A DNA stretch of 64,000 nucleotides from a virus (IMGVR_UViG_3300028042_000001:28944-92943), one strand, 5' to 3'. Positions 21,573-30,889 are shown, numbered from the stretch's first letter. Program-made: numbers and translations. The notes: generated from the sequence alone by a model not told the origin.

Positions 21573-22067
21573 ATGGATAATTTTAAAATAGGTGGTGTTT
21601 TTTTAGTAACATGTTATGATAGTGATCATAATGTAAAATGGCAAGATAAATCTAAAAATCTTGTAGTTACTGTTGGATTAGAACATATTCTTGATGGTTT
21701 GTATTCCCTTGGAGGTGTTGTTGCTAATCCAAATTATTATATAGGGTTAGCATCAGCTTCTCCTACTATAGTAGCTGGTGATACATTAGCTTCTCATGGA
21801 GGATGGAATGAAATATCTGATTATGATGAAACGGAAAGGCAATCTTTTGTGGTTGCTCGTGCTGGATTAATGGCTACTAACTCTGCTAATAAGGCTGTAT
21901 TTTCTATAAACGCTACAGCAACGGTTGGTGGTGCGTTCTTATCATCAGTAGATACAGGAACTACAGGTTTGTTATTATCAGCAAGTGCATTTTCTAACGG
22001 AGATAAGCCTGTTACTGCTGGTGATACTGTAGAAGTTCAATATGATTTTACAGCTTCAAGTTCTTAA
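21573..22067 (+). CDS. Conserved phage virion protein (hypothetical)
   Basis: KW...KNLVVTVGLEHILD...YYIGL pattern with good RBS and late promoter. Confidence 0.6.
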   Translation: MDNFKIGGVFLVTCYDSDHNVKWQDKSKNLVVTVGLEHILDGLYSLGGVVANPNYYIGLASASPTIVAGDTLASHGGWNEISDYDETERQSFVVARAGLMATNSANKAVFSINATATVGGAFLSSVDTGTTGLLLSASAFSNGDKPVTAGDTVEVQYDFTASSS

Positions 22068-22089
22068 TTAATAATAAAAGGAGATTATT

Positions 22090-22377
22090 ATGTGTGATAT
22101 TAACAAAAATAATGAAGTATTTTCGTATCAAATAAATCCCGGTGCAAAAAATGAGAAAAGGGGTTTTAAAGAAAATGATAATTGGAAACATAAATCTGAT
22201 AATATGATTTGTAAAACATGCATGTATTATATGAAAAAACATATATGTTTAGAAACATCAATAGAGGTTGGTAGATGTAAAAGAAACGCTCCATCTAATA
22301 TTGGGTTTCCTGTTGTATTTCCTAGTGATTGGTGTGGAGAACATAAAATTGATCATGAGAAATTGTTATGCGGTTAA
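22090..22377 (+). CDS. Small Cys-rich protein (CxxC-x18-C-x18-C, HiPIP-like pattern)
   Basis: CKTC...GRC...DWCGE; AAGGAG RBS. Confidence 0.6.
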   Translation: MCDINKNNEVFSYQINPGAKNEKRGFKENDNWKHKSDNMICKTCMYYMKKHICLETSIEVGRCKRNAPSNIGFPVVFPSDWCGEHKIDHEKLLCG

Positions 22378-22436
22378 TATATATTATAGCATCATTAATG
22401 TATTATTATCAATACATACCAGCATTATTTTAATTA

Positions 22437-22468
22437 TTAAAGGGGAATATTTATTTATTCCCCTTTAA
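22437..22468. terminator. Bidirectional terminator between convergent genes
   Basis: Perfect 13-bp stem TTAAAGGGGAATA / TATTCCCCTTTAA with a 6-nt loop. Confidence 0.8.
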
Positions 22469-22473
22469 TAATA

Positions 22474-22731
22474 TTATGAACATCTATTATAAACAAGACC
22501 TTTAGCAAGATGTTTGAAAAAATCATTAACATCTCCATTAGAAAAATCAATTTTAACTATTGTATCTTTGATAGCCTTTTTTTCATTAATACTACAAGAT
22601 ATAATAGCATCAATCACACAATCAGAATCTATAAAATTAATTTCTCCATTTGTATCCATTATTTCCCATTCTAAATAAGGAAGGTTTTTTTCTTCAAGAA
22701 AAGTTTCAAACCATTCGTTAAAATCACTCAT
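22474..22731 (-). CDS. Conserved phage hypothetical protein (early-type)
   Basis: Likely start MSDFNEWFETFLEEK with GAGGA RBS. Motif IKDTIVKIDFSNGDVNDFFKHLA. Confidence 0.65.
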   Translation of the reverse strand: MSDFNEWFETFLEEKNLPYLEWEIMDTNGEINFIDSDCVIDAIISCSINEKKAIKDTIVKIDFSNGDVNDFFKHLAKGLVYNRCS

Positions 22732-22755
22732 TATATAATCCTCATTTAATATTGA

Positions 22756-22802
22756 TTGTCTCAAGTATGTTACCATTATACATTATTAAATTAATAAGTC
22801 AA
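22756..22802 (-). promoter_or_regulatory. Sigma70-type early promoter plus conserved downstream motif
   Basis: TTGACT-16-TATAAT, then 5 nt, then CATACTTGAGACAA. Confidence 0.75.
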
Positions 22803-22854
22803 GATTTATTTTAACATAAATAATAATATATAGAAAATTAAGGAGAATTTAATA

Positions 22855-23610
22855 ATGTTACCAAAAGATAAAGATGAGTTTGTAGATTATTGTTTAAGGA
22901 GTTTAGGGGCACCTGTTATTGATATAAATGTTGATCCTGATCAAGTAGATGATAGGGTTGATGAAGCTTTACAATTTTATCAAACATACCATTATGATGC
23001 TATAGAACATGTAGCAATAACATATGAACTTACTCAGGATGATATTGATAATAAATATATTATCATTCCTTCTGATATATTATCAGTTATAGATATGGTT
23101 TATGATGGAGAAGGTTCTATAAAAGGTGGATTTGGTAATAATTTATGGCATGGTATGAATGCTATTGCTTATGATATAGGATTTGGTTCAGGAGCATGTA
23201 GATATGGAACATCTTATTATCACTCTATGATGAATTATATGGCTGAATTAAAGTTTTCATTCAAAGTAAATCATGCAATAGAATTTCAATACAAAAATCA
23301 TCACGTTAGTATTAATATGGATTGGAGTAAGTTAAAAGTAGGAGGAATATTAGCTTTTGATGTATATAGAATAATAGATCCAGAAAAATTTGGTGATGTT
23401 TGGTCAGATAGAAGTCTTCAAGAATATGCTATATGTCTTATCGGAGAACAATGGGGAGTAAATCTTTCAAAATTTGATGGTGTGGAACTTCCGGGTGGAT
23501 TAACTCTTGATGGTGATAAAATTTTTGATAGATATCATGATAGAAGAGTATTATTAGAAGAAGAATATAGTTTAAAATGGGAAGAGCCTGTAGATTTTTT
23601 TATAGGATAA
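22855..23610 (+). CDS. gp13: Neck protein, T4 gp13-like
   Basis: DYCLRSLGAPVIDINV..QVDDRVDEALQFY and QWGVNLSKFDGVELPGGLTLDG. Confidence 0.92.
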   Translation: MLPKDKDEFVDYCLRSLGAPVIDINVDPDQVDDRVDEALQFYQTYHYDAIEHVAITYELTQDDIDNKYIIIPSDILSVIDMVYDGEGSIKGGFGNNLWHGMNAIAYDIGFGSGACRYGTSYYHSMMNYMAELKFSFKVNHAIEFQYKNHHVSINMDWSKLKVGGILAFDVYRIIDPEKFGDVWSDRSLQEYAICLIGEQWGVNLSKFDGVELPGGLTLDGDKIFDRYHDRRVLLEEEYSLKWEEPVDFFIG

Positions 23611-23612
23611 TT

Positions 23613-25181
23613 ATGAAATCATATAAAGAATTATTAATAGAAAAGAAAGATCATATAATAAAACGGTTAAAAAATTTGTCAAAAGAAGAGAAATCTTTAT
23701 TAATATCGTTTTTTAAAAAAAATCCCCATACAGAAAATAAAATTGATTGGAATAATAATAATCTTATTTTTAATGATTTTAAAGATATTCTTACTAGTGT
23801 ATCAAAACGCAAGAAAAAACGAGCATTAAAAGATAAAGGAATTAGAGGACTAAAAAAAGGCGAAGATTATATCAATATTAAATTAAAAAATAAAGAATAT
23901 CTTGCTTATATTCCTCTAAATTATGAAGCATCTAAATCTATAGCAACTGCTCATATAGGAAATTGTGAGGGAAAATGGTGTGTTGCTTATCAAAAATCTA
24001 GTATATATTGGCAACATTATAATTATCAAGGATCTAATGATGGAGGTTCTAGTAGCATTTTTGTTTATATTATAGGTAATGGTACTAAATGGGCTATGGA
24101 TATCAAAGGAAGCACTTATGATGTGTGGAATGCAGAAGATAAACAAACTATAGAAAATGGAAATCCAACATCATATGCATTACAGAATTTAAATAATAAA
24201 CCATATCCTGTTGATGGAGTTATGCATGATATAATGTCAAAAAAACGATTGTTTGATGATATTAAACAATCTAAAGTTGATAAAAAAATATCATTTATAG
24301 AAAAAGCTAAAACAAGAAATTCCACATATGGAACATTAGATGTTGGTATTGATATTCCCGGAACAAAATCAAAGCAAAGTGATAATGTTTGGTTCTCTGG
24401 TGATTGGATTAGTGGTACTTGGCATAGTGGTAGTTTTATAGGGTATGATAGCGTTTGGTATAATGGTATATGGTTAGGAGGAAGTTTTAATGCTCCTTAT
24501 TGGAGAAATGGTACATGGAAATATGGTGTATGGAATATAGATAAAAACCAATCAGAATGGAAAAATGGTACTTGGGAAAATGGATATTGGTATTATGGTA
24601 CTTGGAAATCTGGACTTTGGGAAAATGGATGGTGGGGTGATGGACTTTGGGAAGATGGAATTTGGGAAAATGGTACTTGGAAAAACGGCACTCATGTAAC
24701 GGGTCAATGGGAAACAGGTACTTGGGAAAATGGCACTTGGGAAAATGGTATATGGCTTGATGGTGCTTGGAAAAATGGTATCTGGGAAAATGGTGAGTGG
24801 AAAGATGGTATATGGCATCGGGGAAGATGGAAAACTGGTAGTTGGTTTGGTGGGATTTTTATAGATGGTCAATGGGAAGATGGACATTGGTATAATGGTA
24901 CATGGTTAAAAGGTATTTGGACTTCTGGTAGATGGCATGGTGGAGAACATAGAAATGGTATTTGGATATCAGGGGAATGGTTAGGTGGTAAATGGATAGA
25001 TGGTACATGGAAAGATGGTATATGGCTTGATGGTATATGGAAATCTGGAAAATGGGAAAAAGGTATCTGGGAAGGTGGATATGATGAAAAAGGATATTAT
25101 CATGAAAAAGGTGATTCTCCTGATAAATGGGATTATGAAAAAATATCAAGACGAAGAAAAAAACATATAAGAAGGAATTAA
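23613..25181 (+). CDS. Putative internal head protein, paralog P1 (shared N-domain plus W-x-x-G-x repeat tail)
   Basis: Leader MKSYKELLIE; GEDY..AYIPLNY...WC motif; long GTWENG-type repeat region. Confidence 0.7.
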   Translation: MKSYKELLIEKKDHIIKRLKNLSKEEKSLLISFFKKNPHTENKIDWNNNNLIFNDFKDILTSVSKRKKKRALKDKGIRGLKKGEDYINIKLKNKEYLAYIPLNYEASKSIATAHIGNCEGKWCVAYQKSSIYWQHYNYQGSNDGGSSSIFVYIIGNGTKWAMDIKGSTYDVWNAEDKQTIENGNPTSYALQNLNNKPYPVDGVMHDIMSKKRLFDDIKQSKVDKKISFIEKAKTRNSTYGTLDVGIDIPGTKSKQSDNVWFSGDWISGTWHSGSFIGYDSVWYNGIWLGGSFNAPYWRNGTWKYGVWNIDKNQSEWKNGTWENGYWYYGTWKSGLWENGWWGDGLWEDGIWENGTWKNGTHVTGQWETGTWENGTWENGIWLDGAWKNGIWENGEWKDGIWHRGRWKTGSWFGGIFIDGQWEDGHWYNGTWLKGIWTSGRWHGGEHRNGIWISGEWLGGKWIDGTWKDGIWLDGIWKSGKWEKGIWEGGYDEKGYYHEKGDSPDKWDYEKISRRRKKHIRRN

Positions 25182-25411
25182 TGAAAAAATATAATAATTT
25201 TATATCAGAAAATAAAGCAAGTATTCTATTTAAAGTAACATATGATGGAAGATATGCTAAAAGATTTTGGGCAGATAGTAAAGAAGAAGCTATAAAAAAA
25301 GCTGATAATACAAAAACAATGAAAAACAAGAAAAAAATAATGAAGTTTGATCCTAAAAAATATTCAGTAGAAATAATAGATAAATTAGAGAAATCAATAG
25401 GAATGGGATAA
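25181..25411 (+). CDS. Small putative internal head protein
   Basis: Leader MKKYNNFISE; AGGA RBS; translational coupling on both sides. Confidence 0.6.
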   Translation: MKKYNNFISENKASILFKVTYDGRYAKRFWADSKEEAIKKADNTKTMKNKKKIMKFDPKKYSVEIIDKLEKSIGMG

Positions 25412-25412
25412 A

Positions 25413-26057
25413 ATGGCAGTAAGCAAATACTTCAAACATGTAACCGCAAAAAATGAGCAATCTCTTATTGATGATTTAACAAGAGAAACTATTTTTCAAA
25501 GAGGTCTTGATTTATATTATATTCCTCGTACAAATTCTGTTGATGGATTTGATTATCTTTTTGGAGAAGATCCAGAAAATAAATTTGATAATGCAGTATT
25601 GATGGAATTTTATTGTGAAAATGTGAGCACAGGATTTGATGGTAGTGCCGCTATTGGAAGATTTGCACTTGAATTAGGAGATATAGCTACGTTTTTAGTG
25701 TCTGTGACTCGTTTCAGTGATGAGGTAACATCAAAGTATCATGAAATAATAAGACCAAGAGAAGGGGATCTGATCGTGTTTAAGACTGATCCTTCTGAAC
25801 CAATGGATATATTTGAAATTACATTCACAGAAAAAGAAACTCCTTTTTATCAAATTGGTAAAAGTAATGTTTTTAGAATGGAAACTGAACGATTTAATTA
25901 CAGCTACGAAACTATGGAAACTGGTGTTGAAGAATTGGATATTAGCGAACCAATAGAACAAGAAAATCAATATCAAGATAATGAGCCGATTCAAAGTGAG
26001 GGTGATAATTTTGTTAATTTTGATGAGTCTGATCCATTTTCTGATGGAGATTATTAA
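25413..26057 (+). CDS. gp14: Neck protein, T4 gp14-like
   Basis: EQSLIDDLTRETI..RGLDLYYIPR, RPREGDLI, FYQIGK..VF.M..E.FNYS.E. Confidence 0.92.
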   Translation: MAVSKYFKHVTAKNEQSLIDDLTRETIFQRGLDLYYIPRTNSVDGFDYLFGEDPENKFDNAVLMEFYCENVSTGFDGSAAIGRFALELGDIATFLVSVTRFSDEVTSKYHEIIRPREGDLIVFKTDPSEPMDIFEITFTEKETPFYQIGKSNVFRMETERFNYSYETMETGVEELDISEPIEQENQYQDNEPIQSEGDNFVNFDESDPFSDGDY

Positions 26058-26120
26058 TGATGATAATATTTAGTAAATATGAAAAATATACACAAAATAT
26101 ATATTAAGGTAAATAATTAA

Positions 26121-26630
26121 ATGAAATATTTTAATCAATTTTTAATTGAGAATTACAAATTCTCTTCAGTTCAAGTAAAAATGCCAGACGATATAAGCAA
26201 AATGATAGTAGAATTTGGTATGGAAATACCTAAAAAACATTTGGCGGCTGATGGTAGAGATGATAGACCTCATATAACCATAAAATATGGTATTCACTCA
26301 GAGTCAGTTGATGTTCTTGATGATATAACTCTTCCTGATAAAATAACCGCTGTTATGGGTAAAACAAGTCTTTTTGAAAATGATACAGATGTATTAAAAG
26401 TTGATATTATTTCCCAAGATTTATCTGACCTGAATATGGCTATTACGAAAGGAACAAAAACAACTCAAACACAGTGTGAATATCATTCTCATGTTACTAT
26501 TGCATATTTATTGAAAGGAAAAGGTCAAAAATATACTAATGATGATAGATTTGAAGGGAAAGAAATTGAATTTAACAATATTGAGTTCAGTTCAAAAAAC
26601 GACAACAAATATATAAAAATAAACTTATGA
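26121..26630 (+). CDS. 2H phosphoesterase (T4 57B/Acb1-like) with capsid-targeting-like leader
   Basis: Two HxT motifs (PHITIKYG and SHVTIAY); leader MKYFNQFLIE. Confidence 0.75.
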   Translation: MKYFNQFLIENYKFSSVQVKMPDDISKMIVEFGMEIPKKHLAADGRDDRPHITIKYGIHSESVDVLDDITLPDKITAVMGKTSLFENDTDVLKVDIISQDLSDLNMAITKGTKTTQTQCEYHSHVTIAYLLKGKGQKYTNDDRFEGKEIEFNNIEFSSKNDNKYIKINL

Positions 26631-27868
26631 AATCATATAAAAAATATTTAACAGAATCAGATTACCTGCGTTTCTTAAAAAAGAATAAACATTTATCTGA
26701 TGATCAAAAAAATAAAATTAATATTTTTTTTAAATCAGATAAAAAAGCTGTGCAACAATTTGAAAAGAAATGGGGATGGCAATCTAAATATCCTCAAAAA
26801 ATGATGTGGGATGATTTTGAAGACATAATGATGTTGTATAAATCTGGAAGACGAAAAAATTTAAAATCTATTAATATTCGGGGAAAAAAAGGTGAAGATT
26901 ATTGGCCTGTAAAATTAAAAACAAAAGGGTTTATAGCTAATATTCCTCTCAATTATAATACTGCGAATTTTATGAATTCTTGTCGATATGGAGAATTGAA
27001 TGTTAATTATTGTATCGGATGGGGAGATGGTAAATCATATTGGTTAGAGCATGTTATTACTGATAATAATGTTCCTGTTTATATCATTGATGGTGATAGA
27101 AAATGGGTAGTAATGATAGACGAAGATAATCATTCATATCAAGTTTGGGATAAATTAAATCAAAAAGATATAGCGATAGGGAATAAAGAACCTATTCCCG
27201 GATTCTCTATCAAAAAAGAACTTCTTAATTCCCGGATGAAAAAGGTTTATGACGAGATTAGAGAAGATTTTTATGCTAAAGATGGCCCTCCATATACAGA
27301 AGCTAATTTAGAAGAAGCTATGGATGAATATGGTGCTTTAAATGATGATATTAAGAATGATATTATTAATATATCAGAGTCCGAAAGAGAGTATAATGAT
27401 AATGGATATGATGTTAAAAATGCAACTATTGAATATTATACAGAAGAAATTGAAGATTTGGATGAAGGAGATCCATTAATTGATATTTATAAAATATTTA
27501 TAAATATTATAGATGATACTCCACCAGATAAAGAAGAATTATTAGCAACAGAAAAAGAATATCAAAAAGAATATCCTGATGCTAATTTAACATTACAAGG
27601 AGAATTATATGATTATTATTCTCAAACAAAAAAATTCGTAGATATAAAAGATGACTATCCTTTATTAATACGGGTTTTAAAATCACAGAATAACGGTAAT
27701 ATTATATATAAAAAAGTTAATATGAATATAATTAATTTTATCAATGAAAATGCGTTTGAAAATTCATATGATGCATTAAATTGGAGAACACTAGAAGATG
27801 ATATGAGTGATATGTTGGATAATAATAATATTTTTGATCCTGATTATAATGATGAATACTACGATTAA
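26627..27868 (+). CDS. Putative internal head protein, paralog P2 (acidic tail)
   Basis: Leader MKSYKKYLTE; shared N-domain; D/E/Y-rich C-terminus. Confidence 0.7.
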   Translation: MKSYKKYLTESDYLRFLKKNKHLSDDQKNKINIFFKSDKKAVQQFEKKWGWQSKYPQKMMWDDFEDIMMLYKSGRRKNLKSINIRGKKGEDYWPVKLKTKGFIANIPLNYNTANFMNSCRYGELNVNYCIGWGDGKSYWLEHVITDNNVPVYIIDGDRKWVVMIDEDNHSYQVWDKLNQKDIAIGNKEPIPGFSIKKELLNSRMKKVYDEIREDFYAKDGPPYTEANLEEAMDEYGALNDDIKNDIINISESEREYNDNGYDVKNATIEYYTEEIEDLDEGDPLIDIYKIFINIIDDTPPDKEELLATEKEYQKEYPDANLTLQGELYDYYSQTKKFVDIKDDYPLLIRVLKSQNNGNIIYKKVNMNIINFINENAFENSYDALNWRTLEDDMSDMLDNNNIFDPDYNDEYYD

Positions 27869-27880
27869 TAGAGGAATATA

Positions 27881-28735
27881 ATGGCAATAACAGATTTTTT
27901 TTATCACGGTAGTACCAGAAAGTTAATAGTTGCATTCGGGACATTATTTAATAATATAACAATATCAAGAAAAGATAATAAAATAATAACAGTTCCTCTT
28001 ACTTATGCATCAAAAGAAAAATTTTACTTAACTTTCAAACAAAATTATAATCTTAATAAAATGTCTAATATGACGTTACCAAGAATGGGATTTATTATAA
28101 GTGATATTGCTTATGATTTTGAAAGAAAAACATCAAGTATTGGTAAATTTCATGCCCATGGTATAGATAATAATTCTCATAAGAAAATGTATATGCCAGT
28201 TCCTTATGATCTAATAATAGAGCTTTCTATATATTCTCGCAACATGATTGATGGTTTGCAAATATTAGAACAAATAATTCCTTTCTTTAAACCATCGTTT
28301 AATATAACCATAAATGAACTTGATCCTATGGGTGTTATGAGAGATATTCCTATTATCTTAGATAGTATTTCTCCTGACGATACTTCTGAAACTGATATAT
28401 CTGATGGTTTTAGACTTATTAGATGGGATTTAAATTTCACCATGAAAGCTAATTATTATGGCCCTATACAAAATCAAAAGATTATTAAAAAGGTTTATGT
28501 AGATTATCATACTTCTACTGATGGGAAATATAATGAAGAAGTTGATGAACGATATTACCTTGAAGTAGATCCTTTAGAATCACGTCAAGAAGATATATGG
28601 GAATATAGTGAAGAACTTATTTCTTCGCATGATTCAAATAACATTTCTATAATTCCTTTAGAAGTTGATATTGCAGGACGTGATGTAGATGGTTTAATTT
28701 ATATTGCTGATTCATGTAAATGGAAGATTATTTAA
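27881..28735 (+). CDS. gp15: Tail terminator/sheath stabiliser, T4 gp15-like
   Basis: FYHGSTRKLIVAFGTLFNNI, VPLTYASKEKF, LPRMGF, QILEQIIPFFKP. Confidence 0.93.
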   Translation: MAITDFFYHGSTRKLIVAFGTLFNNITISRKDNKIITVPLTYASKEKFYLTFKQNYNLNKMSNMTLPRMGFIISDIAYDFERKTSSIGKFHAHGIDNNSHKKMYMPVPYDLIIELSIYSRNMIDGLQILEQIIPFFKPSFNITINELDPMGVMRDIPIILDSISPDDTSETDISDGFRLIRWDLNFTMKANYYGPIQNQKIIKKVYVDYHTSTDGKYNEEVDERYYLEVDPLESRQEDIWEYSEELISSHDSNNISIIPLEVDIAGRDVDGLIYIADSCKWKII

Positions 28736-29466
28736 TGGAGTTCAATATATTTCTTTTAACATGTGAGAAATAATTTCAGCAAATGTATATAGCGAAGCTG
28801 TGACCGAAGGGAACTTAAAAGATTACATGATATAATCTGATGTTTTAAATATGTTATTTGATATTAATTAAGATGTGGTTTAAATGATATACATTTAAAC
28901 ATAATTTTTCTAAACCCATTACATAAATGATTTATATAATAGAATGGAATTAATTTATATATTATTTAATGGAATATGAATATGTAGAATTGAATTACAT
29001 GATATATCATTAGATAAAATCATATGAAATCAAATAACATGTTATATCATGTTTATGCTTCGCAATTATCAGCTTCGTACCTCGCTGATAAGATATAATA
29101 TATTTTAATTATTTTTTTTTTTAATATTATTTTAATTAGTTTTTTTTTTTTTAAACGCACTTTAGCACCCTATGGTTTGTTATAACCAAAAAAAATATGT
29201 TTTAAATAACATTTTTATGTATTTCGTTTTATTATTTACTGAATTAACGTATGCCTCCCAATTAAGAAATCCCTTGTCTCAATCCTTTATGGTTAATTTT
29301 TTAATATTATTTTTTAATATTAATTATATAACTTCCAGTTTTGAACGGGCATACAATATCCGTTATTCCTACGATTTCCTTATATAAGGCGAAATATAGT
29401 AGGATGATCGGCTCTCCGGTGATAGAGCCAGCAATTTTCTTATAATCTTTTGTAATAAAATACCAA
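28736..29466. other. 730-bp non-coding region with inverted motif arrays, T tracts and hairpins (candidate origin or structured RNA)
   Basis: No credible ORF. Inverted copies of GCGAAGC, ACATGATATAA and ATGTTATTTGAT; hairpins at 29066-29091 and 29344-29429. Confidence 0.45.
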
Positions 29467-29832
29467 TTATGAAGTTTTATTTTTTCTTCTTATGATTACT
29501 ACTTTTTTTTCATTTTTTTTGGTATTATCTAATTGAGAATTTTTAGATTTTTTATTAATATTCCTCTTTTTTTTATTGAAAGGATGTTTTGATTGTTTTA
29601 TGTATATATTTTTAAAAATAGTAGTAAAACCATTTTTAACTCTCATGAATTTAATATAAACATAATCTCCTTTTTTAACGTTGTCTCCTTTTACGTTTGT
29701 TTTTGATTGAATTCTATTTCTTCTACCAGTATCAAAATTGTAAAAAGAACAAGATATTTTACCTATATCAATTATTTGAGCACGAACACTCATTCTTTTT
29801 ACACTGGTTTTTCTGTTTCTGTTATTCTTCAT
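29467..29832 (-). CDS. Basic hypothetical protein
   Basis: 121 aa, K/R-rich, co-oriented downstream of the 173-aa ORF. Confidence 0.5.
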   Translation of the reverse strand: MKNNRNRKTSVKRMSVRAQIIDIGKISCSFYNFDTGRRNRIQSKTNVKGDNVKKGDYVYIKFMRVKNGFTTIFKNIYIKQSKHPFNKKKRNINKKSKNSQLDNTKKNEKKVVIIRRKNKTS

Positions 29833-29852
29833 AATACTATTTATACATATTA

Positions 29853-30374
29853 TTATCCATGAAATAATCTATCTCTGTTATATGATACAACAGGATCATC
29901 TAAATTATAATCATATACTATATTATCAAAGAAATTATCTTCATCAATTCTATAATTAATAGATTCAGCAAATAAATAATTAGAATCATCTATATCTTCT
30001 TCTAACATACCATCTATACCCATACAAGATGCTTCATACACATCAGATATAAACATACCAGTATAAAGAATAGGTTCTAAATTATGTTTTTTAACAAAAA
30101 TATCAGCATTACACCATATACATATTATTTCTTTTTTCTTTTTTAAGAAAGGAACAATACTATCATTAATTAAATAACCGAACCATCCTCCAAATAAACC
30201 AGATCCGCTACCATGACCACACATAATAATACGATCATGTGATTGAATAGCTTTAATAATTTCTTCTCTTTTCATATCAGGATTATCGATAATAGTCCAA
30301 TTATTTTTATTTTTATATATTTCTTTAAGAAATATAGTTGTACTATCTTCAGGATGAATAACTAAAGTTTTCAT
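29853..30374 (-). CDS. Hypothetical protein with caspase/gingipain-like His-Gly and Cys motifs
   Basis: IIMCGHG and ICIWCNA; GAGGA RBS; TTGACA upstream at 30435-30440 (minus strand). Confidence 0.55.
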   Translation of the reverse strand: MKTLVIHPEDSTTIFLKEIYKNKNNWTIIDNPDMKREEIIKAIQSHDRIIMCGHGSGSGLFGGWFGYLINDSIVPFLKKKKEIICIWCNADIFVKKHNLEPILYTGMFISDVYEASCMGIDGMLEEDIDDSNYLFAESINYRIDEDNFFDNIVYDYNLDDPVVSYNRDRLFHG

Positions 30375-30456
30375 AATTTATTTCCTCTTCATTGATTTTA
30401 TATTGTAAAATACACTAATCCATTTTATACGTATTGTCAAGTGCTATTTTGTTTAT

Positions 30457-30464
30457 TATAAATA
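30457..30464 (+). promoter_or_regulatory. Late promoter TATAAATA for gp16
   Basis: Exact intergenic motif 35 nt before the gp16 start. Confidence 0.7.
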
Positions 30465-30498
30465 ATAGTAAGAATAATGAAACTAAACGGAGAATATT

Positions 30499-30888
30499 AT
30501 GACTAAAGATGATGATATAGTAGAAGCTGAATTTTCTGAAGATGAAGATAACTTACCATCTGTTGTGGATAAAAATACTCAAGTTGATATAGAATTTGAT
30601 TATGCACGATCTAATATTATTAATATATTGCAAATATCTAATACTGTTTTAGAAAATACAGCATATTTAGCGGCTGTAGCTGATGATCCAAGAATGATAG
30701 ATGTTTATTCTGGGTTTATTAAAAATTTAACTAGTATTAATATGTCTCTGCTTGAAATTAGAGAAAAAAAGATGAAAATTAAGGGGGAACTTATTGATGA
30801 AGATGATGCTCCTGTAGGAACCACTATAAATAATAACGCAATTTTTGTAGGATCTACAGAAGAATTGCTTCAAAAATTAAAGGGATAA
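30499..30888 (+). CDS. gp16: Terminase small subunit, T4 gp16-like
   Basis: DYARSNI....DDPRMIDVY and C-terminal INNNAIFVGSTEELLQKL. Confidence 0.85.
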   Translation: MTKDDDIVEAEFSEDEDNLPSVVDKNTQVDIEFDYARSNIINILQISNTVLENTAYLAAVADDPRMIDVYSGFIKNLTSINMSLLEIREKKMKIKGELIDEDDAPVGTTINNNAIFVGSTEELLQKLKG

Positions 30889-30889
30889 T

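Noticed and set aside
29172-29387. 71-aa plus-strand ORF in the gp15-gp16 gap
   Set aside because: No RBS, low-complexity composition, and it overlaps T tracts and hairpins, so it is probably non-coding.
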